Shown here piece by piece: positions 10,084 through 19,398 of a DNA stretch of 64,000 nucleotides. Each line of letters starts with the position of its first letter. Positions within the stretch are counted from its first letter, which is position 1. Location: the NCBI GenBank assembly GCA_963706575.1, contig CAVPNL010000013.1:1-64000 (forward strand). Reading direction: 5' to 3'. This stretch comes from an uncultured delta proteobacterium. GTDB lineage: Bacteria > Desulfobacterota > Desulfobacteria > Desulfobacterales > JAHEIW01. A program made the position numbers and the translations under genes. The notes under the pieces are model-generated. The model was not told where the DNA came from. It made no database searches and saw only the letters and a list, made by a program, of their open reading frames with translations.

Positions 10084-10203
10084 TTGACATGCCACATTGT
10101 AGTAGTTTATGTATATCCTACCCCACAGATCTATGCTTCTTACGCATACCTCTATGTCCTCCTCATCAGGCGGCTCATATCCCCATGAGCCGCCATTTTT
10201 TTT
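10084..10203 (+). ncRNA. candidate sRNA or pal leader: sigma-70-like promoter, CU-rich body, intrinsic terminator
   Basis: TTGACA at 10084; hairpin TATGC..GCATA; TCCTCCT; perfect 10-bp stem GGCGGCTCAT/ATGAGCCGCC followed by a T-run. Confidence 0.5.
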
Positions 10204-10307
10204 ATTCCCTTCAGGTTTCCATTCTTTTGACAATAGGCTTACTTTGAGATATAAATTCGGGATCAACATTAGGTTAACCTTTTTCCGAATCAGAAAGGGA
10301 GAAAAGA

Positions 10308-10886
10308 ATGAATCACAAAAATTGGGCGTTTCTCGTCCTGGTTCTTATTATCTTCGTCGGCTTTTTAGCCCCTTCGTGCGGCAAAAAAGAATTAAAGTCC
10401 GAACCGGTGATGTCAGAGGATGAAGCCCGCAGAAGGGCCGAAGAGGAGGCCAGAAAAAGAGAACAGGAAAGACAGGCTGCCATTCGGGAAGATGAACTAA
10501 GTGAAGATCAACTCAGAGATGAGAGCGAAAGAGTCCAAAGCGCAAGAGAGATGTTTGAAAATGAAGATATTCTCTTTGAATTTGACAGTGCCAGCCTATC
10601 GGGTGAAGCCCAGGAGATTTTGCGGGCAAAGGCAGCATGGCTCAGAGAAAATCCCAGGGCACGGGTTGTAATTGAGGGGCACTGTGATGAACGGGGGACC
10701 AACGAATATAATCTGGCCCTTGGCGACAGACGCGCTTTCAGTTCCAAGTCTTTCCTGGTTGACCTCGGCATAACCGATTCCAGATTAACGACGATCAGCT
10801 ACGGCGAGGAACGACCGGTAGATTCCGACTCGACCGAAGACGCCTGGACAAAAAACAGACGCGCTCACTTTGTGATCAAAGAATAA
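10308..10886 (+). CDS. pal: peptidoglycan-associated lipoprotein
   Basis: Lipobox APSC; IEGHCDERGTNEYNLALGDRRA, TISYGEERP and KNRRAHF. Confidence 0.95.
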   Translation: MNHKNWAFLVLVLIIFVGFLAPSCGKKELKSEPVMSEDEARRRAEEEARKREQERQAAIREDELSEDQLRDESERVQSAREMFENEDILFEFDSASLSGEAQEILRAKAAWLRENPRARVVIEGHCDERGTNEYNLALGDRRAFSSKSFLVDLGITDSRLTTISYGEERPVDSDSTEDAWTKNRRAHFVIKE

Positions 10887-10995
10887 GGACGGTGCGGATA
10901 TAAGCCCAGATTTGTTGCTGGAGTTCGGTCTTAATCCCTGCGATCATCCACTTGGGTATACGTAACCATCCCATCTGCAAACCTGCGATAATCTG

Positions 10996-12099
10996 ATGGC
11001 GGATCGATATCAGGGGGATCTCCCTGCCAGACGCATTGCTTTTTTTATATCGCCCCACGGATTTGGGCATGCCGCGCGTGCCGCCAGTGTCATGGAGGCA
11101 CTGACGGAAATCGAATCGTCGCTTCAGTTTGATATTTTCACCACTGTGCCGGACTGGTTTTTTGCCAATTCCGATTCCTTTGGCTACCAATACCATCGGT
11201 TGGAAACCGACATCGGCCTGGTCCAGAAAACACCCTTTCAGGAAGATTTACCTGCAACGGTTCAAAAGCTAAAAAATTTTCTGCCCTTCAATCAATCCCG
11301 AATTACCGCGGTAGCTGAAAAAATAAGCCATCTGAAGTGCCAACTGGTCGTCTGTGATATCGCTCCGATGGGAATCCGGGTTGCCAAAGAGGCCGGTGTG
11401 CCTTCAGTTTTGATTGAAAATTTTACCTGGGATTGGATTTATCAGGGATATGAGGAAGAAGGATTTAAGGAGTTCAATGCATATTTACAACCCATTTTTG
11501 CCGAAGCGACCTCTCATATTCAAACCCAGCCTATCTGCAAACCTGAAAGGGTTGATTTTACGGCCGGCCCGGCCAGTCGAAAAATTAAAACCCCCTCAAG
11601 CCATATCAGACAGCGGCTGGGGCTGTCGCACACCGACAAGTTGGTCATGATTACCGCCGGGGGCGTTCCCAAAAACTACGGTTTTATCGATAAACTTAAA
11701 AATCAGACCGATATCCATTTTATCATACCGGGCGCCAGCGATTCTGAAAACATTCAAAACAATCTGATTCTTTTGCCGGAGAACTCCGTCTATTTTCATC
11801 CTGATTTAATCAATGCCGCGGATGCGGTCATTGGAAAGGTAGGCTACAGTACCATAGCAGAAATTTATCAGGCCGGGGTCCCTTTCGGATATTCTGCCCG
11901 GACCCATTATCGCGAAATGAAAGCCCTGGTTGATTTTGTTGAAAACCACATGAGCGGTTTTGCCATTGGGGAATCTGAATTTCAAAATGGGGATTGGATC
12001 CATCGGCTGCATGATCTTCTGGCACTACCGCGTATTGAAAAAGACACCTCAAACGGTGCAGACCAGATCGCCGGCTTCATCAGCACGCTGCTAAAATAA
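10996..12099 (+). CDS. GT-B glycosyltransferase-like protein (L-arabinokinase N-domain-like)
   Basis: FISPHGFGHAAR, IENFTWDWIY and DAVIGKVGYSTIAE. Confidence 0.75.
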   Translation: MADRYQGDLPARRIAFFISPHGFGHAARAASVMEALTEIESSLQFDIFTTVPDWFFANSDSFGYQYHRLETDIGLVQKTPFQEDLPATVQKLKNFLPFNQSRITAVAEKISHLKCQLVVCDIAPMGIRVAKEAGVPSVLIENFTWDWIYQGYEEEGFKEFNAYLQPIFAEATSHIQTQPICKPERVDFTAGPASRKIKTPSSHIRQRLGLSHTDKLVMITAGGVPKNYGFIDKLKNQTDIHFIIPGASDSENIQNNLILLPENSVYFHPDLINAADAVIGKVGYSTIAEIYQAGVPFGYSARTHYREMKALVDFVENHMSGFAIGESEFQNGDWIHRLHDLLALPRIEKDTSNGADQIAGFISTLLK

Positions 12100-12196
12100 T
12101 GAGGATTTAGCCTTGCAGGCAATTAATCTTAGATGCTATTAAGCCAAATTGAGCGTTTCAAATTTTAGAAAAGGAATCCTATCTTTTAAATTATTG

Positions 12197-12276
12197 CTCA
12201 TGCAAAGCCGCTAAGCCGCAAAGGATTTAAATTTGCTTGTTAAAAATCTCTTGGCGTCTTGGCGTCTTTGCGTGAG
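12197..12276. repeat. palindromic short-tandem repeat (CGCAAAG / CTTGGCG type)
   Basis: CTCATGCAAAGCCGCTAAGCCGCAAAG ... CTTGGCGTCTTGGCGTCTTTGCGTGAG; second copy at 13512-13599. Confidence 0.8.
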
Positions 12277-12322
12277 GCCTAAAAATTCACACTTCTACAA
12301 TTGTCTTAGAAGGAGTCTAAAA

Positions 12323-13414
12323 ATGCAGGACCTTTACAACCGTCTGGCCACCCATTTGGAACATCTAACCATGGGGTACCCGTACACTGAAGAGCTCATT
12401 GATCTTCTCAAAGAAATGTTTAGCCCTGCTGAAGCCCAGGTGGCACTGGCAATACCCAATGATCTTGCACCGCTGCAGGTGGTCAGCATGGAAAATATCT
12501 CCGCCCGCACAGATCTTCCCTTACCGGCAGTTGCTGAGGCATTGGAAACGATGGCAGGACGCAACATCCTCTTTACGGCCCCTGCCAAGGACGGATCCAC
12601 AGGCTATGCCTTGCTTCAAGTGGGCTTTGGTTTGCCACAAACGTTTTTCTGGGGCGGAAAAGAGGATGAGACCGCCAAACGCATGGCAAAGCTGATACTC
12701 AATTATTTTAAAGTTCCAGTCACCCAAAAAGTATACGGCGGTGCACGAACCAAATCCTTTAAATACAGTCCGGCCAACAGGAGCATCGAGATCCCCATGC
12801 AGGGGGTGATGCCCAATGAACAAATCGGCCCCATCGTTGACGCGGCTACAAAAATTGCTGTGGCCCATTGCCCCTGCCGCATGTCGGCAAAAATACTCGG
12901 CCGCACCGATTGCCCCCACAGTCTTGAAGTCTGCGTCAAGTATGACGAACTGGCAGAATTTGTCATCAACAAAGGTCTGGCCCGCGAAATTTCCAAAGAT
13001 GAAGCCCATCAGATAATGGAAAACAGCGAAAACGAGGGCCTCGTTCATATGGTCGACAATGCCCAGGGTCAAATAAAGCACACCTGTAACTGTTGCGGGC
13101 ACTATTGCTGGAACGTCGGCATTATCAGACGGCGTAAAATACAACGTGACCAGTTAATGGCGGTTTATTTTATTCGCGAAACCGAATTGGACGAATGCAT
13201 CGGCTGCGGGGCTTGCGCCGATATTTGTCCGGTAGATGCGGTAAAAATGGTTGAAGATAAAGCCCAGGTAGATCAGGATTGGTGTATCGGCTGCGGCGTA
13301 TGTGCCATTCAATGCCCGGCAGATGTTATAACTATTAAACGTCGAATTGAAAATAAGGGACCGCAGGACTTTGCGCAACTGCATCAGCAGATAAAAAGCG
13401 AAAAGGGGCTATAG
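12323..13414 (+). CDS. 4Fe-4S dicluster domain protein
   Basis: [13 protein letters not shown] and two CxxCxxCxxxCP motifs; AGGAG RBS before ATG 12323. Confidence 0.9.
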   Translation: MQDLYNRLATHLEHLTMGYPYTEELIDLLKEMFSPAEAQVALAIPNDLAPLQVVSMENISARTDLPLPAVAEALETMAGRNILFTAPAKDGSTGYALLQVGFGLPQTFFWGGKEDETAKRMAKLILNYFKVPVTQKVYGGARTKSFKYSPANRSIEIPMQGVMPNEQIGPIVDAATKIAVAHCPCRMSAKILGRTDCPHSLEVCVKYDELAEFVINKGLAREISKDEAHQIMENSENEGLVHMVDNAQGQIKHTCNCCGHYCWNVGIIRRRKIQRDQLMAVYFIRETELDECIGCGACADICPVDAVKMVEDKAQVDQDWCIGCGVCAIQCPADVITIKRRIENKGPQDFAQLHQQIKSEKGL

Positions 13415-13511
13415 GTTCTATCTAATTTTTTTTAGATCCCATCTCAATCCGCCTCCGGCGGACGAAATGCTTTTGGTCCGCCCCCTTCAAACCCATCCAT
13501 TTTATTTTTTG

Positions 13512-13599
13512 CTCATGCAAAGTCGCAAAGCCACAAAGAATTTGAAATTAAATCTCAAGAAAAACTTGGCGTCTTTGCGCGCCTGTGTTTTTGCATGAG
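13512..13599. repeat. palindromic short-tandem repeat, second copy
   Basis: CTCATGCAAAGTCGCAAAGCCACAAAG ... CTTGGCGTCTTTGCG..TTGCATGAG. Confidence 0.75.
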
Positions 13600-13749
13600 G
13601 CCCAAAGCCCTTTTGCACTTTCTTTAATGGGAAAAAGATTTCACAATAATCAGGAATCCGTTTCATAAGATCTAGCACGTAAAGGCAACATCTTTATGAG
13701 CTGTTGCGCTAAGTGCCCATGATGGCTGAATCACTCCAGGTGTTTTGGT

Positions 13750-13765
13750 TGGCACAAAGCTTGCT
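13750..13765 (+). promoter_or_regulatory. sigma-54 (-24/-12) promoter
   Basis: TGGCACAAAGCTTGCT, GG-N10-GC, just upstream of an AGGAGG RBS. Confidence 0.7.
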
Positions 13766-13802
13766 GTATTTATTGAAAACCATAGAAGGAGGAAATAATA
13801 CC

Positions 13803-14039
13803 TTGATCAAAAATGGGGGGGAGGTCAACATCAAGGATAGAGGCGGGTCACGTTCAGGCCATGATAGAAGACAAAACCACCAATCTTATGTGGGCGTTGA
13901 AAGAAGGTCCGGCCGGGACCGCAGAAAAGGCTTTGACCGCAGAAGCGGTTTGGCCCGCCGCAGAATTTCCGAACGCAGAAGCAAAAACAGCCGCTGGGAC
14001 GGAAGCATCATCGAACGTCGAGATATATTCAGAAAATAA
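13803..14039 (+). CDS. Arg-rich small protein with tandem (D/E)RR motifs
   Basis: AGGAGG then TTG at 13803; IKDRGGSRSGHDRR...ERRSGRDRRKGFDRRSGLARR. Confidence 0.65.
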   Translation: MIKNGGEVNIKDRGGSRSGHDRRQNHQSYVGVERRSGRDRRKGFDRRSGLARRRISERRSKNSRWDGSIIERRDIFRK

Positions 14040-14089
14040 TGATATCGTCTCTTCATGTAATCTAAAAGCATCACATATATATCCGCATT

Positions 14090-14515
14090 ATGACAAATAC
14101 CGAAAAAATAATTTTTTTAACCCACGACATTCCGTCATCCGGCGGGCATACGTTTATGAATGACCGAAGAGCCAGCAAACGGTTTAACCATGAGACCCCT
14201 CTTGTCATTGAAAATTGCGATTCGGGAACCTGTTCCTACGGCAGAATGTACAACTACAGCCAGGGAGGCATCTATTTTGAATCGGATACTCCCTACCAGG
14301 CCGGCACCCGTGTTCGCATCAACATCGAAAAATCAAAGATAGGCCTGAACGCTGACCATTACTTTGCTGAAGTAAAGTGGTGTGCTGAAATTTCTGCTGC
14401 TGTGGTTTTATACGATTACAGTACTGGTGTTGAATTTGATCCGAAAATGAATCTAACGACAGGCAACGGGAAGCTCAAGGTCATTATGGGCGGCGTGAAT
14501 CAAAACAAACCCTGA
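14090..14515 (+). CDS. PilZ domain protein
   Basis: RASKR (RxxxR) and NYSQGG (D/NxSxxG) motifs; the start may be ATG 14156. Confidence 0.85.
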   Translation: MTNTEKIIFLTHDIPSSGGHTFMNDRRASKRFNHETPLVIENCDSGTCSYGRMYNYSQGGIYFESDTPYQAGTRVRINIEKSKIGLNADHYFAEVKWCAEISAAVVLYDYSTGVEFDPKMNLTTGNGKLKVIMGGVNQNKP

Positions 14516-14728
14516 TTAGTTTGAATATTTTTCTTTGAAAGCCTTTCGGCGCTCCATTTTTTTCCGCACCTTTGCGCTTTGTAATCTTCTGCGGTCGGAA
14601 CCGCTGCGCCGATAGCGTAAGAACCGTCTTTCCGGAAAATGATCTGATGAGGAAGATTTACGACGATCAGGTAGAGATCTCCTTCCGCCCCGATCTTTTA
14701 TTGAACGAATATCGATGCTATCGGCCAC
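14516..14728 (-). CDS. Arg-rich small protein with tandem (D/E)RR motifs (paralogue of 13803..14039)
   Basis: IKDRGGRRSLPDRR...ERR...RRSGSDRR...ERR. Confidence 0.65.
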   Translation of the reverse strand: MADSIDIRSIKDRGGRRSLPDRRKSSSSDHFPERRFLRYRRSGSDRRRLQSAKVRKKMERRKAFKEKYSN

Positions 14729-14779
14729 AGTATCATACCTTTCGGAACCTTTTTGAGATGAGTTCTAGCAAAAGCTGTA

Positions 14780-14925
14780 TAGAACCCATCTCAAAAATAG
14801 GATTTTGGTTCAAGATCGCGGCGGGGCCGAGTTTCTAACCGGAGGCATACTGCTGTATGTCGAGGATTAGAAACGAGACACCAACAAAGATATTGGGCCA
14901 AAAGACATTTTTGAGTTGGGTTCTA
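14780..14925. mobile_element. RPE/ERIC-like MITE, family B (TAGAACCCATCTCAAAA ends)
   Basis: Terminal inverted repeats flanked by TA; central GGAGGCATAC-loop-GTATGTCGAGGAT; 146 bp. Confidence 0.8.
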
Positions 14926-14931
14926 ATTGAA

Positions 14932-15204
14932 TCATGACGTGCCGGACAGATGATTCTTTAAAAATTTCTTCAGCCGCTCCTTGCCATCGCGGGAGAGCGC
15001 TCGGGACTCATCCAACTCATTGCCGTACAATTCCTCATGGCGGCTGGCGGTTCTAAGGGCTTCAAAATGCTCTTTTAATCTGGAGCAATATTTACACATG
15101 AACAGGTGCAGCCGCATCAGCATGCGTTGATAAAAAGGCAGCGACCGGTCCATAGACTCCGAAAGCAATTGAGAAACGTCTTTGCAGCTAAACATCCAGT
15201 GCAC
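14932..15204 (-). CDS. zf-HC2 anti-sigma factor
   Basis: SCKDVSQLLS...HLFMCKYC (HxxxCxxC); directly downstream of an ECF sigma. Confidence 0.85.
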   Translation of the reverse strand: MHWMFSCKDVSQLLSESMDRSLPFYQRMLMRLHLFMCKYCSRLKEHFEALRTASRHEELYGNELDESRALSRDGKERLKKFLKNHLSGTS

Positions 15205-15215
15205 GTCTCACTCCT

Positions 15216-15803
15216 TTATTGTTCTGCGCCCAGCCATTCGTTTTCAAGGCAGCGCCGCAGCGAAATGCGGGCCCGATAAAGCATGACCCAACTATTTGTC
15301 GCACTTATGTTTAGAGCCTTACAAACTTCCGCTGTGCTGAGTCCATCCATCTCGCGCAACATAAATGCCTCTGCCAGGCGCCCCGGAAGTTCCGCCAGAC
15401 AGTGATATAGCACATCGAAAAATTCTTTTTGCTCATAGATTTTTCCGGGATTGATGGCCCAATTGCGTGGTCGAACCTGCCATTTTCCACCGTCGTCAAA
15501 ATCCGAGTCCATCATATCGGTTAGTGTTTCAATTTTGTCGGTAGACGGTTCTCGAATTTTTTTCCGGATATAATCGACAATCTTATGTTTCAGGATGGCA
15601 ATCAGCCAGGTTCGACCTGCAGAGCGACCCTTGAAGCTTTCGCGAGCTCGCAGAGCGGCAAGAAAGGTCTCCTGAACCAAATCTTCGGCAACGGCAGGAT
15701 CTTTAACCCTTGACAGGGCAAATCGATAAAGGAAATCTCCATAATGGTCCACCCAGGATTCCGGCTCGTCGATAATTGCTGCGTCAGATTTCCTTTTATT
15801 CAT
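15216..15803 (-). CDS. ECF sigma-70 factor
   Basis: AEDLVQETFL, TWLIAILKHK and WVMLYRAR. Confidence 0.92.
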   Translation of the reverse strand: MNKRKSDAAIIDEPESWVDHYGDFLYRFALSRVKDPAVAEDLVQETFLAALRARESFKGRSAGRTWLIAILKHKIVDYIRKKIREPSTDKIETLTDMMDSDFDDGGKWQVRPRNWAINPGKIYEQKEFFDVLYHCLAELPGRLAEAFMLREMDGLSTAEVCKALNISATNSWVMLYRARISLRRCLENEWLGAEQ

Positions 15804-16023
15804 ATAGATACCCGATTAGGCGATATAGGTGTAAAAGAAGAAGATGTACCGAATTTGGTCGGGCATTCAGATCCAGATATTTTGCGGCTTCAAATATTCT
15901 TCTTGACGCATGGGTCACTCGGGCTAATGAGGAATAAGAAGCACAAAAAATATTTTAGAACATGTTGATGTTTTCGTGAAACTATATCAGCAATTCAAAA
16001 GGGTTGCAATGTTTGATATATTG

Positions 16024-16125
16024 GCGGGACTACCGAGGATGTAAAGGCGGACCAGTCCACCGTAACTCGCCAGAGCGCCCGTCCTCCGATCTAGCCTGCT
16101 AGGGAGGATGGAAAGGCGGAGACTC
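16024..16125. repeat. REP-like hairpin cluster
   Basis: Direct repeat GAGGATG(T/G)AAAGGCGGA twice; hairpin CCGTCCTCC..GGAGGATGG. Confidence 0.5.
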
Positions 16126-16149
16126 ACCCGTGCAAAGTCCGATTCGACT

Positions 16150-16665
16150 TTAGACGATTTTCTGGGTGGCTTCAATTACCGCATCATAATTTGGTTCTTC
16201 CGACAGCTCTTTGACGTTCTGGATGTATTGAATGATACCGCTTCGATCCAGAACAAAAATTGATCTGCCCAGCAGGCGCAACTCTTTGATCAATACGCCA
16301 AATGCGGTTCCAAAGGCCGCATCGCGATGATCTGAAAGCGTGATGACACTTTCAACGCCGGCGGCGCCGCACCATCTCTTCTGGGCAAAAGGCAGATCCA
16401 TGCTGACCGTTAAAATAACAACATCGTCACCCAGTTTGCCGGCCGCTTCATTAAATCGGCGGGTTTGCATATCACAGACCGGTGTATCAAGAGACGGTAC
16501 CGCTGAAATAACACATACTTTTCCTTGAAATGATGAAAGCTTGATCGCATTCAGGTCATTGTCCAGAAGTTCTAAATCCGGAGCCGAATCTCCGACACTG
16601 AGTTCCTGGCCGACCAGGGTAAGGGGATTTCCGTGCATGGTAACCGCTGCGCTGCGTTCTTCCAT
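16150..16665 (-). CDS. tpx: thiol peroxidase
   Basis: VPSLDTPVC and SMDLPFAQKRWC; AGGAGG RBS before ATG 16665. Confidence 0.95.
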   Translation of the reverse strand: MEERSAAVTMHGNPLTLVGQELSVGDSAPDLELLDNDLNAIKLSSFQGKVCVISAVPSLDTPVCDMQTRRFNEAAGKLGDDVVILTVSMDLPFAQKRWCGAAGVESVITLSDHRDAAFGTAFGVLIKELRLLGRSIFVLDRSGIIQYIQNVKELSEEPNYDAVIEATQKIV

Positions 16666-17063
16666 TTTGACCTCCTTTTTTGGGTATAGAAATTTCTTTG
16701 GCAAGTACTAAAAAAAGTATTAACACTTCACGAAAATAAGACTTTTTATATTTAAATCAACAACTGTGTGCAATGTTGTTGAAATGGAGGCCTCTTGCCC
16801 TGATGCGCGCTTGACTCGGCCAATTACGCAATTACATTACAGGATAATATTGCGTCACCATGGGTTGACAAATTCCCCCCCAGTGCCCTAACAATCATGC
16901 AAGCTGATCTTTCCACGCTGCCGAATGCGGATGTAAGTTTTGATGTCATCATTCGACAAAAGGCAAATGCTGGATACGAAAACGAATTGCTGAACCAAAA
17001 TTCATTAACGTTTCGATTTTTTTGAGAGGATGCTAAAATCCGCAATCGAATAAGGAGTCTTAG

Positions 17064-18557
17064 ATGGCAGATTATGATTATGATATTGGGATCATCGGCG
17101 CTGGCGCCGGCGGCTTGACTGTGGCAGCCGGAGCCGCTCAGCTGGGCGCCAAAACCCTTCTGATTGAAAAGGAAAAAGAACTCGGCGGAGACTGTCTGCA
17201 TTTTGGCTGTGTGCCCAGCAAAACACTTATTAAAAGCGCACATGTCTATCATTTGATGAAAAATGCTGAAAAATTCGGTTTGCCAAAAATAGAGGTGCCG
17301 CCGGTTGAATTTAGGAAAATATCTGAAAGGGTCAGATCGGTGATTCATGACATCCAGCACCACGATTCCGTAGAGCGCTTTTGTGGGCTGGGTGCCCAGG
17401 TTGAATTCGGCCATCCGCATTTTACGGATGAGCACGCCATCCGGTTAAACGGGAAAAACCACACCGCAAAGTCTTGGGTGATCGCTACAGGTTCATCGGC
17501 TATCGTCCCGCCCATCAAAGGCCTTGACCGGACACCGTATATGACCAACAGAGAAATCTTCTATCTCGACCATCTGCCCAAATCTTTGATTGTATTGGGC
17601 GCTGGGCCGATCGGCATAGAAATGGCTCAGGCATTCACCCGTTTTGGAACCGCTGTAGCGGTGGTCGATATGGCGCCCCAGATTCTTCCAAAAGATGATT
17701 CTGACCTGACCAATGAAGTCAGGGAGATTCTAAGCATCGAAGGCGTCCAATTCTATAACAGCCATACCATTGAGGCCGTAAACGACCTGGGTAACGAGAG
17801 AGAAGTGATCGTAAAAGACAAAACAGACAAAGCGGGCAACACGATTCGCCTAAAAGCCGAGGCGCTTCTGGTCGCCCTGGGCCGAGTTGCGAATGTTGAA
17901 GGGCTGGGGCTTGAAACCATTGGTATTGAGCATGATCGACGCGGCATTAAGGTTGATCAGCGAATGCGCACCAATCACAAACATATTTATGCGGTCGGCG
18001 ATGTTAATGGCGGATTTCAATTCACCCATACCGCCGGCTATGAAGGCGGTATTGTGGTCAGCAACGCTATTTTTCGCCTTCCGCGCAAAGCCGACTACAC
18101 CTATTTGCCGTGGTGTACCTTCACAGACCCACCGCTGGGCAATATCGGCATGAACGAAACAATGGCGAAAGCGGCCGGTATCGATTACAAGGTTTGGACC
18201 GAAGAATTTAAGGACAATGACAGAAGTGTGGCTGAGGGGGAAAAAACGGGTAAAATCAAAATGATTTTAAACGAGAAGGAAAAACCCATCGGCGTTCAGA
18301 TATTAGGCCCCCACGCCGGCGACCTGCTCGCTGAGTGGGTGGCCGTATTAAACGGAAAAGTTAAACTGTCCACCCTGGCGGCAGCCGTGCACCCCTACCC
18401 GACCATCGGCGAGATCAACAAACGGGTGGCCGGCAAGTTTTTTTCGCCGAAAATATTTTCAGAAAAAGTTCAGAAGAGTTTAAAATTTTTCTTTCATTTG
18501 AAAGGCAGGGCGTGCGAAATTGAATATGGAAAAAGTGATGCAACAAGCAGTGAATAA
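17064..18557 (+). CDS. class I pyridine nucleotide-disulfide oxidoreductase (MerA/Lpd-like)
   Basis: IIGAGAGG, GGDCLHFGCVPSK and HPYPT; lacks the MerA C-terminal Cys-Cys pair. Confidence 0.9.
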   Translation: MADYDYDIGIIGAGAGGLTVAAGAAQLGAKTLLIEKEKELGGDCLHFGCVPSKTLIKSAHVYHLMKNAEKFGLPKIEVPPVEFRKISERVRSVIHDIQHHDSVERFCGLGAQVEFGHPHFTDEHAIRLNGKNHTAKSWVIATGSSAIVPPIKGLDRTPYMTNREIFYLDHLPKSLIVLGAGPIGIEMAQAFTRFGTAVAVVDMAPQILPKDDSDLTNEVREILSIEGVQFYNSHTIEAVNDLGNEREVIVKDKTDKAGNTIRLKAEALLVALGRVANVEGLGLETIGIEHDRRGIKVDQRMRTNHKHIYAVGDVNGGFQFTHTAGYEGGIVVSNAIFRLPRKADYTYLPWCTFTDPPLGNIGMNETMAKAAGIDYKVWTEEFKDNDRSVAEGEKTGKIKMILNEKEKPIGVQILGPHAGDLLAEWVAVLNGKVKLSTLAAAVHPYPTIGEINKRVAGKFFSPKIFSEKVQKSLKFFFHLKGRACEIEYGKSDATSSE

Positions 18558-19227
18558 CCGCAAAAAAGCGATTTTAAAGGCCTTAATACTTCTGGCATTT
18601 ATTATCGGTGCGATCCTGCTGGTGCGCTTTACCCCTGTAAAACAGTTTCTAACAGCAGATGCGCTGGGCCGTTTTTTAAATTTAGCCGGATTCTGGGCGC
18701 CGCTGGTATTCATCCTGGTTTATGCGGTCGGCGTCTGCCTTTTTGTGCCGGGCACACTGATCACGGGACTGGGTGCAGCGATATTCGGTGCCTACTGGGG
18801 ATTTGCCTGGGTATGGATCGGGGCTATGTTGGGTTCCAGTGCGGCCTTTTTCATCGGGCGCACGCTGGGAAGAGAATTTGCCGCTTCCCTGATTGGTGAT
18901 AAATTAAAAAAATATGATGATGCCATTGAGAAAAACGGATTTGCCACTGTTTTATACCTACGCCTCGTATATTTCCCTTTTACACCCATGAATTTTGGGA
19001 TGGGATTGACCAAAGTGCATTTTTGGGATTATTTTTCGGGAACGGGCCTGGGTATTATTGTCGGTACATTTATTTTCACATTTTTCGTCGGAACGATTAA
19101 AGAGGTCTGGGCCTCGGGTAACTGGGCTGAATTGATTTCTTTTAAAGTATTTTTCTCGATTGGGTTGTTTGTTTTCTCGCTTTTTATCCCCAAGATCATT
19201 AAAAAGATCAAAGGTAAAGAGACATAA
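18526..19227 (+). CDS. TVP38/TMEM64 (DedA/VTT) membrane protein
   Basis: LFVPGT, GAAIFG and LRLVYFPFTPMNFGMGLT. Confidence 0.88.
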   Translation: MEKVMQQAVNNRKKAILKALILLAFIIGAILLVRFTPVKQFLTADALGRFLNLAGFWAPLVFILVYAVGVCLFVPGTLITGLGAAIFGAYWGFAWVWIGAMLGSSAAFFIGRTLGREFAASLIGDKLKKYDDAIEKNGFATVLYLRLVYFPFTPMNFGMGLTKVHFWDYFSGTGLGIIVGTFIFTFFVGTIKEVWASGNWAELISFKVFFSIGLFVFSLFIPKIIKKIKGKET

Positions 19228-19252
19228 GGTTAAATACAGCAATAATATTTTG

Positions 19253-19329
19253 ACCACGAAAGCACGAAAATTCGGAAACACGAAAAAGGAAAATAATTTC
19301 GTGCTTTTAAGGTTTTGCGTTTTCGTGGT
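19253..19329. repeat. palindromic CACGAA / TTCGTG repeat
   Basis: ACCACGAAAGCACGAAA...TTTCGTG..TTTCGTGGT; related copy at 62691-62763. Confidence 0.75.
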
Positions 19330-19398
19330 TGATTTTAAAGAGTGGACCATATTCCCATAAATCAGATAACCTAAATCGATAGCCACAGGGGGATTCAA

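Noticed and set aside
13500..13750. Membership of the 13750 sigma-54 promoter in the TGCAA-N6-TTGCA regulon
   Set aside because: No box A/box B pair was found at the 204-207 bp and 85-86 bp spacings
15990..16150. 6S RNA or another structured ncRNA between the ECF sigma and tpx
   Set aside because: The structure is explained by short REP-like hairpins and a 17-bp direct repeat; no long 6S-like rod was seen
17064..18557. Mercuric reductase merA
   Set aside because: No C-terminal Cys-Cys pair, no NmerA domain and no mer operon context
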